Positions 1 through 8,803 are shown, counted from the first letter of the stretch. The stretch: DNA of 32,078 nt from Alphaproteobacteria bacterium (GCA_046538635.1 JBKHIN010000002.1:1-32078), one strand, 5' to 3'. Program-made: numbers and translations. Notes: generated by a model not told the origin, from the letters alone.

Positions 1-159
1 ACTATTGTTCTGATAGGTCTTTCTATCGAAGTTATGTTTATGATCATTGTAACGGTATATGAGGAAGCACCTTCTCCATCTGCAGCGATTTTCGACAGTT
101 TTTTAATCAGTTCCACAGTCAGTCTGGTGGGGGCTGTTCTGCTGTCGCAATTGAGTTAG
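1..159 (+). CDS. 3' end of an unidentified hydrophobic (membrane) protein, truncated by the window edge
   Basis: Frame +1 is open from base 1 to TAG at 157-159 (TIVLIGLSIEVMFMIIVTVYEEAPSPSAAIFDSFLISSTVSLVGAVLLSQLS*). The peptide is hydrophobic. Hand-counted GC is about 30% (bases 1-60) and 47% (61-120), far below the rest of the window. Confidence 0.4.
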   Translation, partial: TIVLIGLSIEVMFMIIVTVYEEAPSPSAAIFDSFLISSTVSLVGAVLLSQLS

Positions 160-198
160 GTTTTCGAATCGCCGGCGGCGCGTTCGAGCCTTTCGAGT

Positions 199-450
199 TT
201 GGACAGGGCGGCAGCGCGGCGCCGGTATTTCGTGGTTCGCATCTTGATGCCGCTTCTGGCAGGCGGTGTCATGGTCTGCGCGACGTGGATCGTTTCCTTT
301 GCGCTGGTTGCTGCGGCGAGCAGGGTCGAAAGTTACGAAATTGCTTTCGGTGCGAGGAAGGCCCTCACCGCGCTTGGCACCCTGATTTTCGGCGCCCTCT
401 TATGGTCGGCCGGAAGCGGCTGGGGTGAGAACGACTACCGGGGCGGTTGA
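199..450 (+). CDS. hypothetical small membrane protein (two predicted TM segments); start uncertain (TTG 199 or ATG 247)
   Basis: ORF with two hydrophobic stretches (LLAGGVMVCATWIVSFALVAAA, ALTALGTLIFGALLWSAG). Third-position GC is about 70% by hand count, consistent with coding. I recognise no family. Confidence 0.35.
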   Translation: MDRAAARRRYFVVRILMPLLAGGVMVCATWIVSFALVAAASRVESYEIAFGARKALTALGTLIFGALLWSAGSGWGENDYRGG

Positions 451-474
451 GCAGTCTTGGGCCGCTGCCCCGTC

Positions 475-888
475 TCACGCCCTCATATGCCGCGCCCTTG
501 CCGAGCGCTCGATGGCGCCCGCGGCCAGCCGGTCGATGCTGAGCCGGGCGCGGATCAGCTCGAGAACGCGCAGTTCCTCCTGTCCCAGCCGGTCGTCGGC
601 GGTGGCAACCTCCACGGCAAACGCATAGGCCGTCTCGCGCAGCTTTTCGGGAAGCGCGTCCTTCGCCAGCCCCAGCACGGTTTCCAGGCCGTCGTCTTCC
701 GACATGATAGCGCCGCATTCCTCGGCGGCCTTGATGAGGCGCTCCTTGTCCATGCCGCTGAACACCGGGAACGTGCCGACGATGTTGCCGATGGTGCGCA
801 GCTCGTTGTCGGACATCGAGGCGTCCGCAGCGGAAACAAGCACCATCACGTAAATCAGAGCCGTCTGTGGACTGATGGCCTGGGTCAC
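475..888 (-). CDS. TerB-family (tellurite-resistance-like) protein
   Basis: 137 aa. Shows the TerB-like pattern (SAADASMSDNELRTIG ... AVEVATADDRLGQEELRVLELIRARLSI). GTG start at 886-888 is preceded on the coding strand by GGGGAGG 5 nt upstream. Confidence 0.8.
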   Translation of the reverse strand: MTQAISPQTALIYVMVLVSAADASMSDNELRTIGNIVGTFPVFSGMDKERLIKAAEECGAIMSEDDGLETVLGLAKDALPEKLRETAYAFAVEVATADDRLGQEELRVLELIRARLSIDRLAAGAIERSARARHMRA

Positions 889-976
889 GAAAACCTCCCC
901 TTATGCGCCGGAAAGCGCGCCCGCCCGGCGGGTCGCGGGCGGCACGATAGGCAATCCCCCGGCGGCTGGCAAGGCC

Positions 977-1067
977 GGCGAGAAGCGAGGGAAGAGCAGC
1001 GAGAAGCGAGAAGGTCTCTTCATTTCGTCGCAAGCCCTCTCGCTTCTCGCTTCTCTCCCCTCGCTCC
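977..1067. repeat. long imperfect palindrome (REP/MITE-like intergenic repeat, copy A)
   Basis: Left arm 977-1014 (GGCGAGAAGCGAGGGAAGAGCAGCGAGAAGCGAGAAGG) is the near reverse complement of right arm 1030-1067 (GCAAGCCCTCTCGCTTCTCGCTTCTCTCCCCTCGCTCC). The arm unit AGAGAAGCGAGRAGCGAGAGGGCTYGC recurs at 8802-8830 (26/28 identical by eye) and inverted at 8900-8934. Confidence 0.7.
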
Positions 1068-3833
1068 TTCAAGCGCGAGAAAAGCTCGGATTTCCGCCGT
1101 CGCCTCGGCCAGCGGCACGCGTTCCACGCGTACCCCCGGCGGCAGGGCGGCGAGCAGGCGCGAGGGCGTGCGCCGGTCGAGCACGACGAAGACGCCCCGG
1201 TCGTCCTCATGGCGGATCAGGCGGCCATAGGCCTGTTTGAGGCGCAGCCGCACGATCTGGTCGTCGAGGGAACGCCCGTCCCCGCGGGCCCGGCGCGCCT
1301 TGTGCAGAATGTCGGGGCGCGGCCAGGGCACGCGGTCCAGCGCCATCAGCCGCAGCGAGCGGCCCTGGACGTCAATGCCATCGCGCACGGCATCCGTACC
1401 CAGAAGGCAGGAATCCGTTTCCTCACGGAACACATCCACCAGCGTGCCCGTGTCCATCGCGTCCACATGCTGAGCGAAGAGCGGCAGGCCGGAATCGGCG
1501 AGCCGGGGGGCCAGTTCCTTCCAGACGGCCTTCAGCCGTCTGATGGCCGTGAACAGGCCCACCGCGCCGCCGCCTGCCGCCGTGAACAGTTCGGCCAGCG
1601 CGGTTGCCACCTCGCCTGCATCGTCGCGGCCCACGTCGGTAAGCACGAAAACCCGTGTCCGGGCGCCGTAATCGAAGGGCGAGGGCACGGAAGCGGTCAC
1701 GGGCGGGCGGGACAGGTGGCGGGCCCCCAGCCGCGCGGAGGCGGCCTGCCAGCCGTCCGGATCCTCCGTGCCCGGCTCATCCGGGGCATCGCGCAGGGTG
1801 GCCGAGGTCACCACCACGCCCTTCGCGGGCCCGTAGACATGGGCCGCCAGCGGCGCCATGGGATCGACATGGTGCCGGTGCAGCCCCGCATCCATCAGCC
1901 GCCCGAAGGCGAAGTCGAGCGAAGCCCAGTCCACGAAGGCTTCGGGCGTGCCCTCCTCCAGGGCGGAAAGCATGCGCCGCCAGCCCGCAAGCAACCCGCA
2001 GGCCCGGCGGTCCAGCGCGCGGGCTGCCGCTTCCATGCGGTTCAGCGTGGCGAGTTCGTAATCAGGCGCGTCCGCGTCCGCCGCCCGGCCGATGGCGGCG
2101 CGCAGCCCCCGCGCCAGATCCGCCAGCGGAACTTCGAGCGACAGCAGCACATCCGCACAACGGCCGGCCGCCCGTATCAACTCGTCCGTAGCGGGATGAA
2201 TTTCCGCTTCCATCTGCGCGCCCGATGTGCGCATTTCGGCCTTCTCCAGCACATGCGCGCGGAGGGCGGCGAGGAAAGCTTCGCACGGGCCCGCCGGCGA
2301 TTCCTGGCGCAATCTGCCCTGCCAGCCCGGCCCCGGCAGGCCGGCGGCGGCGCGTTGCGCCTTGCGGATCAGCTCCGGCCCGTCCGGCAGGTCATCCACG
2401 AGATCGCCGATGCGCTCCGAAAGCCCGCGCACGCGCAGGCGCCCGCGCGCCTCCGGCCCCCGCACCCAGCGGCGCAGTTCGGAAAGCTCCGTACCCGTCA
2501 GATGGGAAGAGAAGGCGGAGTCGGCCGCGTCGAACAGATGGTGCCCCTCGTCGAAGATCAGGTGTGTCGGTGGCTCCCCTGTGCGTTCGCCCTCGGCCGC
2601 ATCGGGCGGCAGGTGCAAATCTTGCGCAGCGCGGGAGAGGACGAGTGCATGGTTGGCGACCACGACGCGCGCCTGCCGGGCGCGGCGCGCCGCCCGCTCG
2701 ATGGGGCATTTGCGGTAATGGGGGCAGGCGGCGTGCAGGCATTCTCCGCGCCGGTCGGTGAGCCCGTCCATGCCGCCCAGCCAGGCGGGGAAATCCCCGC
2801 CCACCATGTCGCCGTCGCGGCTGTAGCGGATCCAGCGCGCGATCAGGCCCATGGTCACCGGGTCGGCGCCCCGTCCGCCCAGCGCGGCGAGGCCCGCCGC
2901 CTCCTGGAAATTCAGCAGGCAGATATAGTTCTCGCGGCCCTTGCGCACCGCCACATGGCGGTTGCGCTTCACCGGGTCCGGGAACAGGCGGGCAAGCTCC
3001 GCATCCAGTTGCCGCTGCAGGTTCTTGGTGTAGGTGGAGATCCATACCGGACCGCCGGTTTCCTCCGCCCACAGAAGGGCAGGGGCGAGATAGCCCAGCG
3101 TCTTGCCGATGCCCGTGCCCGCCTCCGCCAGAACGAGGGAGGTTTCCTTAGCCCCGGCGAAAGCCTGCGCGGCGGCGAGGGCATAGTCGGTCTGGCCGGT
3201 GCGGGGCGCGCGTTCCGGGCCCAGGACGGCGCGCAGCCCGGCGGCGATGCGCTCCGGCGTCAGTTCGGGTTTTCCGCGTGGCGACCGGCTGCCGCGCTCG
3301 CTCCATTCGGGCAGGCGGGTCCAGACGTCGAAGTTTTCGGAACGTGCACCTTCGGGCAGGGCGGGCAGGTGCTCCGCCCAGCCCCAGCCCGTCCGGGCGA
3401 GCGCCTGAGCCACCGGCCAGAAGAAATCCTGATACGGATAGTCCGGGTGTTCCGCATCCGCGCGCAGCCGCTGCGCGGCCCGGAACAGGGTCAGCGCCTC
3501 GTCCTCCGGCGTTTCGGGAAGGGGTAGGCCCAGGGCCCGCGCCAGCCCGCGCGGACTGGGGGTGCATTGCTCGGCCGGGCGGACGAAGGCGAAGAGTTCG
3601 AGAATGTCGAGAAGGCCCGCACGGCGCGCCTCGCCCTTGTGAAACTTCGCCCCCAGCCGCGCAGCGACGAACCCCGCATGGCAGACGAGCACATTGCCCG
3701 AGCGCAGCCGCTCTGCCGCCTGCAGGCGGGTAAGGTGGTCCACCTCGCCCTCCGCCGTCACGGCAACCGCGCCCGTGCCCGCGGGCACCAGCGCGGCGAT
3801 CTGCTCCAACGCTTCCGAATCTGCGGCGGTCAT
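1020..3833 (-). CDS. DinG/Rad3-family ATP-dependent DNA helicase with Fe-S cluster cysteines and a ~230-aa N-terminal extension
   Basis: 937 aa. Walker A AEAGTGIGKT, DEGHHL (DEAH-type box), VVANHALV, four Cys around CLLNF...CLHAACPHYRKCP, and a C-terminal LLGTDAVRDGIDVQG helicase motif. The last ~15 codons (EGARGEKREARGLATK) lie inside repeat copy A. Confidence 0.9.
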   Translation of the reverse strand: MTAADSEALEQIAALVPAGTGAVAVTAEGEVDHLTRLQAAERLRSGNVLVCHAGFVAARLGAKFHKGEARRAGLLDILELFAFVRPAEQCTPSPRGLARALGLPLPETPEDEALTLFRAAQRLRADAEHPDYPYQDFFWPVAQALARTGWGWAEHLPALPEGARSENFDVWTRLPEWSERGSRSPRGKPELTPERIAAGLRAVLGPERAPRTGQTDYALAAAQAFAGAKETSLVLAEAGTGIGKTLGYLAPALLWAEETGGPVWISTYTKNLQRQLDAELARLFPDPVKRNRHVAVRKGRENYICLLNFQEAAGLAALGGRGADPVTMGLIARWIRYSRDGDMVGGDFPAWLGGMDGLTDRRGECLHAACPHYRKCPIERAARRARQARVVVANHALVLSRAAQDLHLPPDAAEGERTGEPPTHLIFDEGHHLFDAADSAFSSHLTGTELSELRRWVRGPEARGRLRVRGLSERIGDLVDDLPDGPELIRKAQRAAAGLPGPGWQGRLRQESPAGPCEAFLAALRAHVLEKAEMRTSGAQMEAEIHPATDELIRAAGRCADVLLSLEVPLADLARGLRAAIGRAADADAPDYELATLNRMEAAARALDRRACGLLAGWRRMLSALEEGTPEAFVDWASLDFAFGRLMDAGLHRHHVDPMAPLAAHVYGPAKGVVVTSATLRDAPDEPGTEDPDGWQAASARLGARHLSRPPVTASVPSPFDYGARTRVFVLTDVGRDDAGEVATALAELFTAAGGGAVGLFTAIRRLKAVWKELAPRLADSGLPLFAQHVDAMDTGTLVDVFREETDSCLLGTDAVRDGIDVQGRSLRLMALDRVPWPRPDILHKARRARGDGRSLDDQIVRLRLKQAYGRLIRHEDDRGVFVVLDRRTPSRLLAALPPGVRVERVPLAEATAEIRAFLALEGARGEKREARGLATK

Positions 3834-3915
3834 GGAGGGAATATAGCGCGATCTTGCGCGCCCGATACAAGGTTAGGTATTGGTTAGGGTTTCGGCATGG
3901 ATGAGAGGGGGCAGC

Positions 3916-4323
3916 ATGTCCAGAAAATGGACCCGGACTGCAGCGTTTCAGTATTTCGGCGCCAAGCCCAGGAACATACGCTGGAGCTGGTCGGCCCGAA
4001 ACGAAGCCGACAATCTTGTCGTACTCGTGTTGTGGGAGGACAGGTTCACCCGCGAAGACGGCGTTCTCACCTACGATGAACGCCTGGAAAGGGCGAATGT
4101 GGACTGGACAAGGTTTCCGGGTAACAGCGAGCGCATCAAGAACCTCGAATGGGCGCGCGAGTACTGTAACGGAATTTTCCACGTCATAATCGCAAAGGCA
4201 AAGGACGAGAATGCCGGAATCAGGCGGGTTGTCGAATGTCAGCCCGATGACAATCTCCGTATGCGCATCGTCGATTTGAACGAAGAAACGGGTGAATTCC
4301 GGGCTGTCAGCGTTCCGGATTGA
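3916..4323 (+). CDS. hypothetical protein (orphan, 135 aa), lower-GC gene
   Basis: ATG 3916 is preceded by GAGAGGGGG. The ORF is clean. Hand-counted GC over 3881-4300 is about 50-60% (mean ~55%). No motif I can name (WSWSARNEADNLVVLVLWEDRF ... GIFHVIIAKAKDENAGIRRVVECQPDD). Confidence 0.6.
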   Translation: MSRKWTRTAAFQYFGAKPRNIRWSWSARNEADNLVVLVLWEDRFTREDGVLTYDERLERANVDWTRFPGNSERIKNLEWAREYCNGIFHVIIAKAKDENAGIRRVVECQPDDNLRMRIVDLNEETGEFRAVSVPD

Positions 4324-4348
4324 ATGCGACAGCCCGGTTGGGGCCCGC

Positions 4349-4747
4349 TCACCGCAGCCAGTTCTCACATCTCAGGCCGTCGATGCGGGCGAATTCTCGC
4401 ATGTTGTCGGTGACCACGGTGAGGCCGTTCACGAGGGCCTGTGCGGCGATCAGCAGATCATTGCCGCCGATTTTCTGCCCTGACTTCTCCAGATGATGAC
4501 GCAGATCGCCGTAGGCTTTGTCCGCCGGCGGCTCAAAAGGCAGGAGTTCGAGTGCGCCCAGTACCGCCTCGAGCTGATCCGAAAGCCGCTTTGACTGCCG
4601 TTTCACCGCGCCATAGCGCAACTCGGCCGCTACGATGATGCTGGTGCAGACCTGCGACTCGCCCTCCTGGCGGATGCGGTCCGTCACAGAGCCTTGCGGA
4701 TTGCGGACAAGACCGGAAACAATGTTCGTATCCAGAAGATACCGCAT
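4349..4747 (-). CDS. vapC: PIN-domain ribonuclease toxin VapC (type II TA)
   Basis: 132 aa MRYLLDTNIVSGLVRNP...IVAAELRYG...IGGNDLLIAAQALVNGLTVVTDNMREF, with canonical PIN acidic residues. Its ATG overlaps the antitoxin stop (ATGA at 4744-4747 on the coding strand). Confidence 0.9.
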   Translation of the reverse strand: MRYLLDTNIVSGLVRNPQGSVTDRIRQEGESQVCTSIIVAAELRYGAVKRQSKRLSDQLEAVLGALELLPFEPPADKAYGDLRHHLEKSGQKIGGNDLLIAAQALVNGLTVVTDNMREFARIDGLRCENWLR

Positions 4748-4980
4748 CAGAGATCGACGGGATCCGGCGGCGAATCCGGGATGCCCGGAAACTTCTCCTC
4801 GACGGGTTCCATCGTCGCGAGAAGCGCCAGCAGGGATTTCGGCCGGGCGGGCTCGATGATCAGCCGGCCTCCCTCCTTGCGCATGACGGCATCTTCGCCG
4901 GGCAGTTCGAATTCGCGCGGAATTCGGACGGCCTGGTTGCGGCCGTTTCTGAAAAGCCGGACATGCCGTTCTGCATCCAT
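4747..4980 (-). CDS. vapB: AbrB/SpoVT-fold antitoxin VapB
   Basis: 77 aa MDAERHVRLFRNGRNQAVRIPREFELPGEDAVMRKEGGRLIIEP. GGAGG lies 7 nt upstream of ATG 4980. Four-base overlap with vapC. Confidence 0.85.
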   Translation of the reverse strand: MDAERHVRLFRNGRNQAVRIPREFELPGEDAVMRKEGGRLIIEPARPKSLLALLATMEPVEEKFPGIPDSPPDPVDL

Positions 4981-4994
4981 ACTGACCTCCTGTG

Positions 4995-5014
4995 GCATAT
5001 GCCAAAGCATATGC
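4995..5014 (-). promoter_or_regulatory. candidate VapB operator: two copies of the palindrome GCATATGC
   Basis: GCATATGC at 4995-5002 and 5007-5014, separated by CAAA, 15-34 bp upstream of the vapB start. Type II antitoxins typically autoregulate through such palindromes. Confidence 0.45.
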
Positions 5015-5143
5015 TAAATGGGTATGGCTGTCCACTCCGTCAAGCGGTCGCAACAGATATAAGCAGATGCCCCGCGTTGACGCTCCCCGTCGTGCGCACT
5101 AGCTTGGCGCGCCCCAATGCCGCCTCCGAACGGGATTACAGCC

Positions 5144-6775
5144 ATGCCCGAGACAGATACCGAAATCCTGAAAGCTTTCGCCGCCGAGGCCCGCGCGTGG
5201 CCTTTCGAGGAGGCGCGCAAGGTGCTCGCCCGCCCGGCCGCCGAGCTGGAAGGCGCAGTGATATTTGAGACCGGCTACGGCCCCTCGGGCCTGCCCCATA
5301 TCGGCACGTTCGGCGAGGTGGCGCGCACCAGCATGGTGCGCCATGCCTTTTCCCTGCTGTCGGACCGGCCCACGCGCCTGATCGCCTTCTCCGACGACAT
5401 GGACGGCCTGCGCAAGGTGCCCTCCAACCTGCCGCAGCAGGAGATGCTGCACGCGCATCTGGGCAAGCCGCTGTCGGCGATCCCCGATCCGTTCGGCACC
5501 CATGAGAGTTACTCCGCCCACAACAATGCGCGCCTGCGCGCCTTTCTGGACGAGTTCGGCTTCGACTATGAATTCGTAAGCTCCACGGATTGCTACAGGT
5601 CCGGGCGCTTCGACGAGGCGCTGCGCCGCGTGCTCGAATGCTATGACGAGGTCATGGCCATCATCCTGCCCACGCTGGGCGAGGAGCGGCGGCGCACCTA
5701 CAGCCCGTTCCTGCCCGTCAGCCCGAAGACGGGCAAGGTGCTTCAGGTCCCCGTGCTGGAGCGCGATGCGGACGCCGGCACAATCGTCTTCGAGGACGAG
5801 GACGGGACGCGTACGGAACTTCCGGTCACGGGCGGAAACTGCAAGCTGCAGTGGAAGGCCGACTGGGCCATGCGCTGGTACGCGCTGGGCGTCGACTATG
5901 AAATGGCGGGCAAGGACCTGATCGATTCCGTCAGACTGTCCTCGCGCATCGTGAAGGCGCTGGGCGGCATGCCGCCCGAAGGCTTCTCCTACGAACTGTT
6001 CCTGGACGAGAAGGGGCAGAAAATTTCCAAGTCGAAGGGCAACGGGCTGACCATCGAGGAATGGCTGCGCTATGCCTCGCCCGAAAGCCTGTCGCTCTAC
6101 ATGTTCCAGAGCCCGCGCAAGGCCAAGCGGCTTTATTTCGATGTCATCCCCAAGACGGTGGATGAATATATTTCCCATCTGCATTCCTTCGCGGAGCAGG
6201 ACGGGAAGGCGCGGCTGGGCAATCCCGTCTGGCATGTGCATACGGGCGAACCGCCGCGCGAGACGGTGCCGGTCAGCTTCAACGTGCTGCTCAACCTGGT
6301 CAGCGCCAGCAATTCGGAGGATCACACGGTGCTCTGGGGCTTCCTGCGCCGCTATGACCCGTCCCTGTCGCCGGACAACCACCCGTTGCTCGACCGGCTG
6401 GTCACCTACGCGATCAATTATTTCCACGATTTCGTGAAACCGGCCAAAACCTTCCGTCTGCCGACCGATACGGAACGGGCGGCGCTGCTCGATCTCAAGA
6501 GCAGGCTGGAAAAGATGGCCGCCTCGGAGCCCGCCCCGGAAGCCGAAACGATCCAGAACGAGGTCTACGCCGTGGGCAAGGCCCATGCCTTCGAAAACCT
6601 GCGCGACTGGTTCCGGGCGCTCTACGAGGTGCTGCTGGGGCAGAGCCAGGGGCCGCGTTTCGGCTCTTTCGTGGCTCTCTACGGTCTGCGGGAAACGGCG
6701 GCGCTGATCGACGGGGCGCTCGAAAGAAAAGCGCCGGACGCTTCGCAGACGCCCGGCGCTTCCGTGTCTGGATGA
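5144..6775 (+). CDS. lysK: lysine--tRNA ligase, class I
   Basis: [16 protein letters not shown] (HIGH-type) and KISKSKGNG (KMSKS) motifs, with length and N-terminus ([11 protein letters not shown]) typical of class I LysRS. An alternative in-frame ATG lies at 5117. Confidence 0.9.
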   Translation: MPETDTEILKAFAAEARAWPFEEARKVLARPAAELEGAVIFETGYGPSGLPHIGTFGEVARTSMVRHAFSLLSDRPTRLIAFSDDMDGLRKVPSNLPQQEMLHAHLGKPLSAIPDPFGTHESYSAHNNARLRAFLDEFGFDYEFVSSTDCYRSGRFDEALRRVLECYDEVMAIILPTLGEERRRTYSPFLPVSPKTGKVLQVPVLERDADAGTIVFEDEDGTRTELPVTGGNCKLQWKADWAMRWYALGVDYEMAGKDLIDSVRLSSRIVKALGGMPPEGFSYELFLDEKGQKISKSKGNGLTIEEWLRYASPESLSLYMFQSPRKAKRLYFDVIPKTVDEYISHLHSFAEQDGKARLGNPVWHVHTGEPPRETVPVSFNVLLNLVSASNSEDHTVLWGFLRRYDPSLSPDNHPLLDRLVTYAINYFHDFVKPAKTFRLPTDTERAALLDLKSRLEKMAASEPAPEAETIQNEVYAVGKAHAFENLRDWFRALYEVLLGQSQGPRFGSFVALYGLRETAALIDGALERKAPDASQTPGASVSG

Positions 6776-6784
6776 CCGGCGCTG

Positions 6785-7414
6785 CTATTGGCTCGCCCAC
6801 ATGATGCGGCCTGCCCACGAGATATTCCGGCGGGGCAGGACCCGCGCACCGTAAGCGGGATTGAGCGAATGCAGCTCGATCGTGTCTTCGGTCTTGCGGG
6901 CCAGTTGTTTGGCCATCACTTCGCCGTCCACGGTCTTCACGACGCACCGGTCCCCGCATTCAATCCGCGCGCGCGGCGAAATGAGGATGATGTCGCCTTC
7001 CCGGAACACCGGCTCCATGCTGTCGCCGTTGATTTTCAAGGCGTAGACGCCGGTGTCCTCCACGTTGGGCAGGCTGACTTCCTCCCACCCGGAGCCGACG
7101 GGAAATCCGCCGTCGTCGAAATAGCCGGCAACTCCGGCCTGGGCGAACCCGATGACGGGAATCCGCGTGTCGGCATCCGGCTGGTCGTTCTCGACCAGCG
7201 AGGCGAAGTTGGCGAATGAATCGCCGGTGGCCGCGAGAACCTTGGAAATGCTCTCGGTTGTCGGCCAGCGCCGTTTGCCATTGGACATGACACGCTTGGA
7301 CCGGTTGAACGCCGTCGGGTCCAGCCCGGCGCGCCGCGCCAGACCCGAGACGGACATGCCGTGCCGTGCTGCCAATGCGTCAATGGCTGTCCAAATGTCG
7401 TTATGCGAGATCAT
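6785..7414 (-). CDS. HTH (XRE/CI-like) transcriptional regulator with C-terminal S24 LexA-type peptidase domain
   Basis: 209 aa from ATG 7414 (AAGG 7-10 nt upstream). HTH is MSVSGLARRAGLDPTAFNRSKR. S24 catalytic Ser lies in INGDSMEP and Lys in EVMAKQL. Confidence 0.8.
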   Translation of the reverse strand: MISHNDIWTAIDALAARHGMSVSGLARRAGLDPTAFNRSKRVMSNGKRRWPTTESISKVLAATGDSFANFASLVENDQPDADTRIPVIGFAQAGVAGYFDDGGFPVGSGWEEVSLPNVEDTGVYALKINGDSMEPVFREGDIILISPRARIECGDRCVVKTVDGEVMAKQLARKTEDTIELHSLNPAYGARVLPRRNISWAGRIMWASQ

Positions 7415-7451
7415 TGAGCGACCTTCTGTGGTGGAACTGCACCCGGAAGGT

Positions 7452-7479
7452 TTACCTGGGTAGGTAACGTTATAGCGTT
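7452..7479. promoter_or_regulatory. candidate operator palindromes upstream of the S24 regulator
   Basis: Perfect TTACCT-GGGT-AGGTAA (7452-7467), immediately followed by imperfect AACGTTATAGCGTT (7466-7479), 38-65 bp upstream of the regulator start. A further inverted repeat ATCGGGG-N7-CCCCGAT lies at 7531-7551. Confidence 0.3.
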
Positions 7480-7714
7480 GTACTCGCGGGCGTCCATACG
7501 CCAAATGCGTGGGGTGGCGGTATAAGATGGATCGGGGGTTGATACCCCGATTGGCTTGCGCGGTGCGGGCGGAAGACTACAGTCGCCCTGCCATCCCCGC
7601 GCTGGATGTCACGTGACGATTACGGGGTATGCGGACCGGCCCGCCTCGCGCTATGCGGGAAGGCGCGGATCGAACCGGCACGCTCCCGCGCGTTTCCGAA
7701 ACTGGCAGGCGCCC

Positions 7715-8803
7715 ATGCCCGATCCGTTTCCTCTCATCCGTCCCTTGCTGTTCCGCCTGGAGGCCGAGGCGGCTCACCGTCTGATTGTCCGCAGCCTTAC
7801 GATTCTGCAAATGCTGCCCCCCTTCCGTAACGGCAGGAAGGTTCTTCCCGATCCGTTGCTGAGAAGCAACGTGTTCGGAATGGATTTTCCCAATCCGCTG
7901 GGGCTGGCGGCGGGTTTCGACAAGAATGCCGAGGTGGTGCAGGCCATGTTCGCGTTCGGGTTCGGTTTCGTGGAGGCGGGCACGGTGACGCCCCGTCCCC
8001 AGGCGGGCAATCCCCGCCCCCGCATCTTTCGGCTGGAACGGGATCTGGCCGTCATCAACCGGCTGGGTTTCAACAATGAGGGTATTGAGAAGGTCCGTAC
8101 CCGCCTTTCCCGGCTGCATTCCCGTCCGGGAATCCTGGGTGTCAATATCGGCGCGAACCGGGATTCGGCGGACCGGCCTGCGGATTACATTCATGGGTTG
8201 TCCAAGCTTTATTCCTACGCCGATTATTTCACCGTAAACGTGTCGTCGCCCAACACGCCGGGCCTGCGCGGCCTGCAGGAGCGCGGGGCGCTGGAGGAGC
8301 TTCTGCACCGGCTGATGGACCGCCGGGCGGACCTGACGGAAGCGGGCATGCCGCCCAGGCCGCTGCTGCTCAAGGTGGCGCCGGACCTGGACGACTCCAT
8401 GATCGGCGATATCGCCGCGGTAGCGCTCGGCGCCGGTATCGACGGCCTTGTCGTCGGCAACACCACGGTCTCCCGGCCTCCCGGCTTGCACGATCCGCAT
8501 GCGGATGAGGCGGGCGGCCTTTCGGGTGCGCCGCTGCTGGCGCTGTCCACCTCGGTGCTCCGCCGCTTCTACGAGCATACGGAAGGGCGTCTGCCGCTTG
8601 TGGGGGCGGGCGGCGTTTCCTCCGGCCGCGACGCCTATGAGAAGATCCGCGCCGGGGCCAGCCTGGTGCAGCTCTATACCGCTCTCATCTATGACGGGCC
8701 GGGGCTGGTTCGCCGCATTCTGAATGATTTGCGCGCCTGCCTGCAGCAGGACGGTTTCACATCGGTGGCCGACGCCGTGGGCGCGGAGTCGAGGAGCCAG
8801 TGA
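7715..8803 (+). CDS. pyrD: dihydroorotate dehydrogenase (quinone), class 2
   Basis: 362 aa from ATG 7715 (MPDPFPLIRPLLFRLEAEAAH). Motifs GLAAGFDKNAE, GFVEAGTVTP, NVSSPNTPGLR. The upstream 53 codons of the track ORF are not PyrD-like. Confidence 0.9.
   Translation: MPDPFPLIRPLLFRLEAEAAHRLIVRSLTILQMLPPFRNGRKVLPDPLLRSNVFGMDFPNPLGLAAGFDKNAEVVQAMFAFGFGFVEAGTVTPRPQAGNPRPRIFRLERDLAVINRLGFNNEGIEKVRTRLSRLHSRPGILGVNIGANRDSADRPADYIHGLSKLYSYADYFTVNVSSPNTPGLRGLQERGALEELLHRLMDRRADLTEAGMPPRPLLLKVAPDLDDSMIGDIAAVALGAGIDGLVVGNTTVSRPPGLHDPHADEAGGLSGAPLLALSTSVLRRFYEHTEGRLPLVGAGGVSSGRDAYEKIRAGASLVQLYTALIYDGPGLVRRILNDLRACLQQDGFTSVADAVGAESRSQ

Noticed and set aside
160-200. T-loop-like strings (GGTTTTCGAATCGCC and GCGTTCGAGCC) right after the AT-rich ORF, which might be a tRNA-derived att scar mirroring the right edge.
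   Set aside because: No flanking stems or acceptor strand can be drawn. The resemblance to the tRNA-Ala fragment needs a 6-nt gap and amounts to two short words, so it is too weak to call.
375-390. Sigma-54-like TGGCAC-N5-TTTTC.
   Set aside because: The critical -12 GC dinucleotide is missing (TTTT instead of TTGC) and the site lies inside a candidate ORF.
1209-3527. Very long ORFs antisense to, or out of frame with, real genes. Examples: 1209-3527 +, 5099-6586 -, 7577-8578 -, 8914-10317 +, 11574-13448 +, 14318-15376 +, 18712-19698 -, 24018-24947 -, 25814-27712 +, 29388-30350 -.
   Set aside because: These are typical high-GC shadow frames. They are Arg/Gly/Ala/Pro-rich with no motifs, and each fully overlaps a gene with clear family signatures on the other strand or frame.
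4349-5053. N-terminally extended versions of track ORFs. Examples: vapC 4349-5053, pyrD from 7556, MATE from 10446, uppP from 13331, SDR from 15475, hsp20 from 24021, folD from 23988, DUF892 from 30260.
   Set aside because: The extensions are low-complexity or overlap neighbouring genes or promoters. Internal ATGs with Shine-Dalgarno sequences give N-termini matching the expected family starts.
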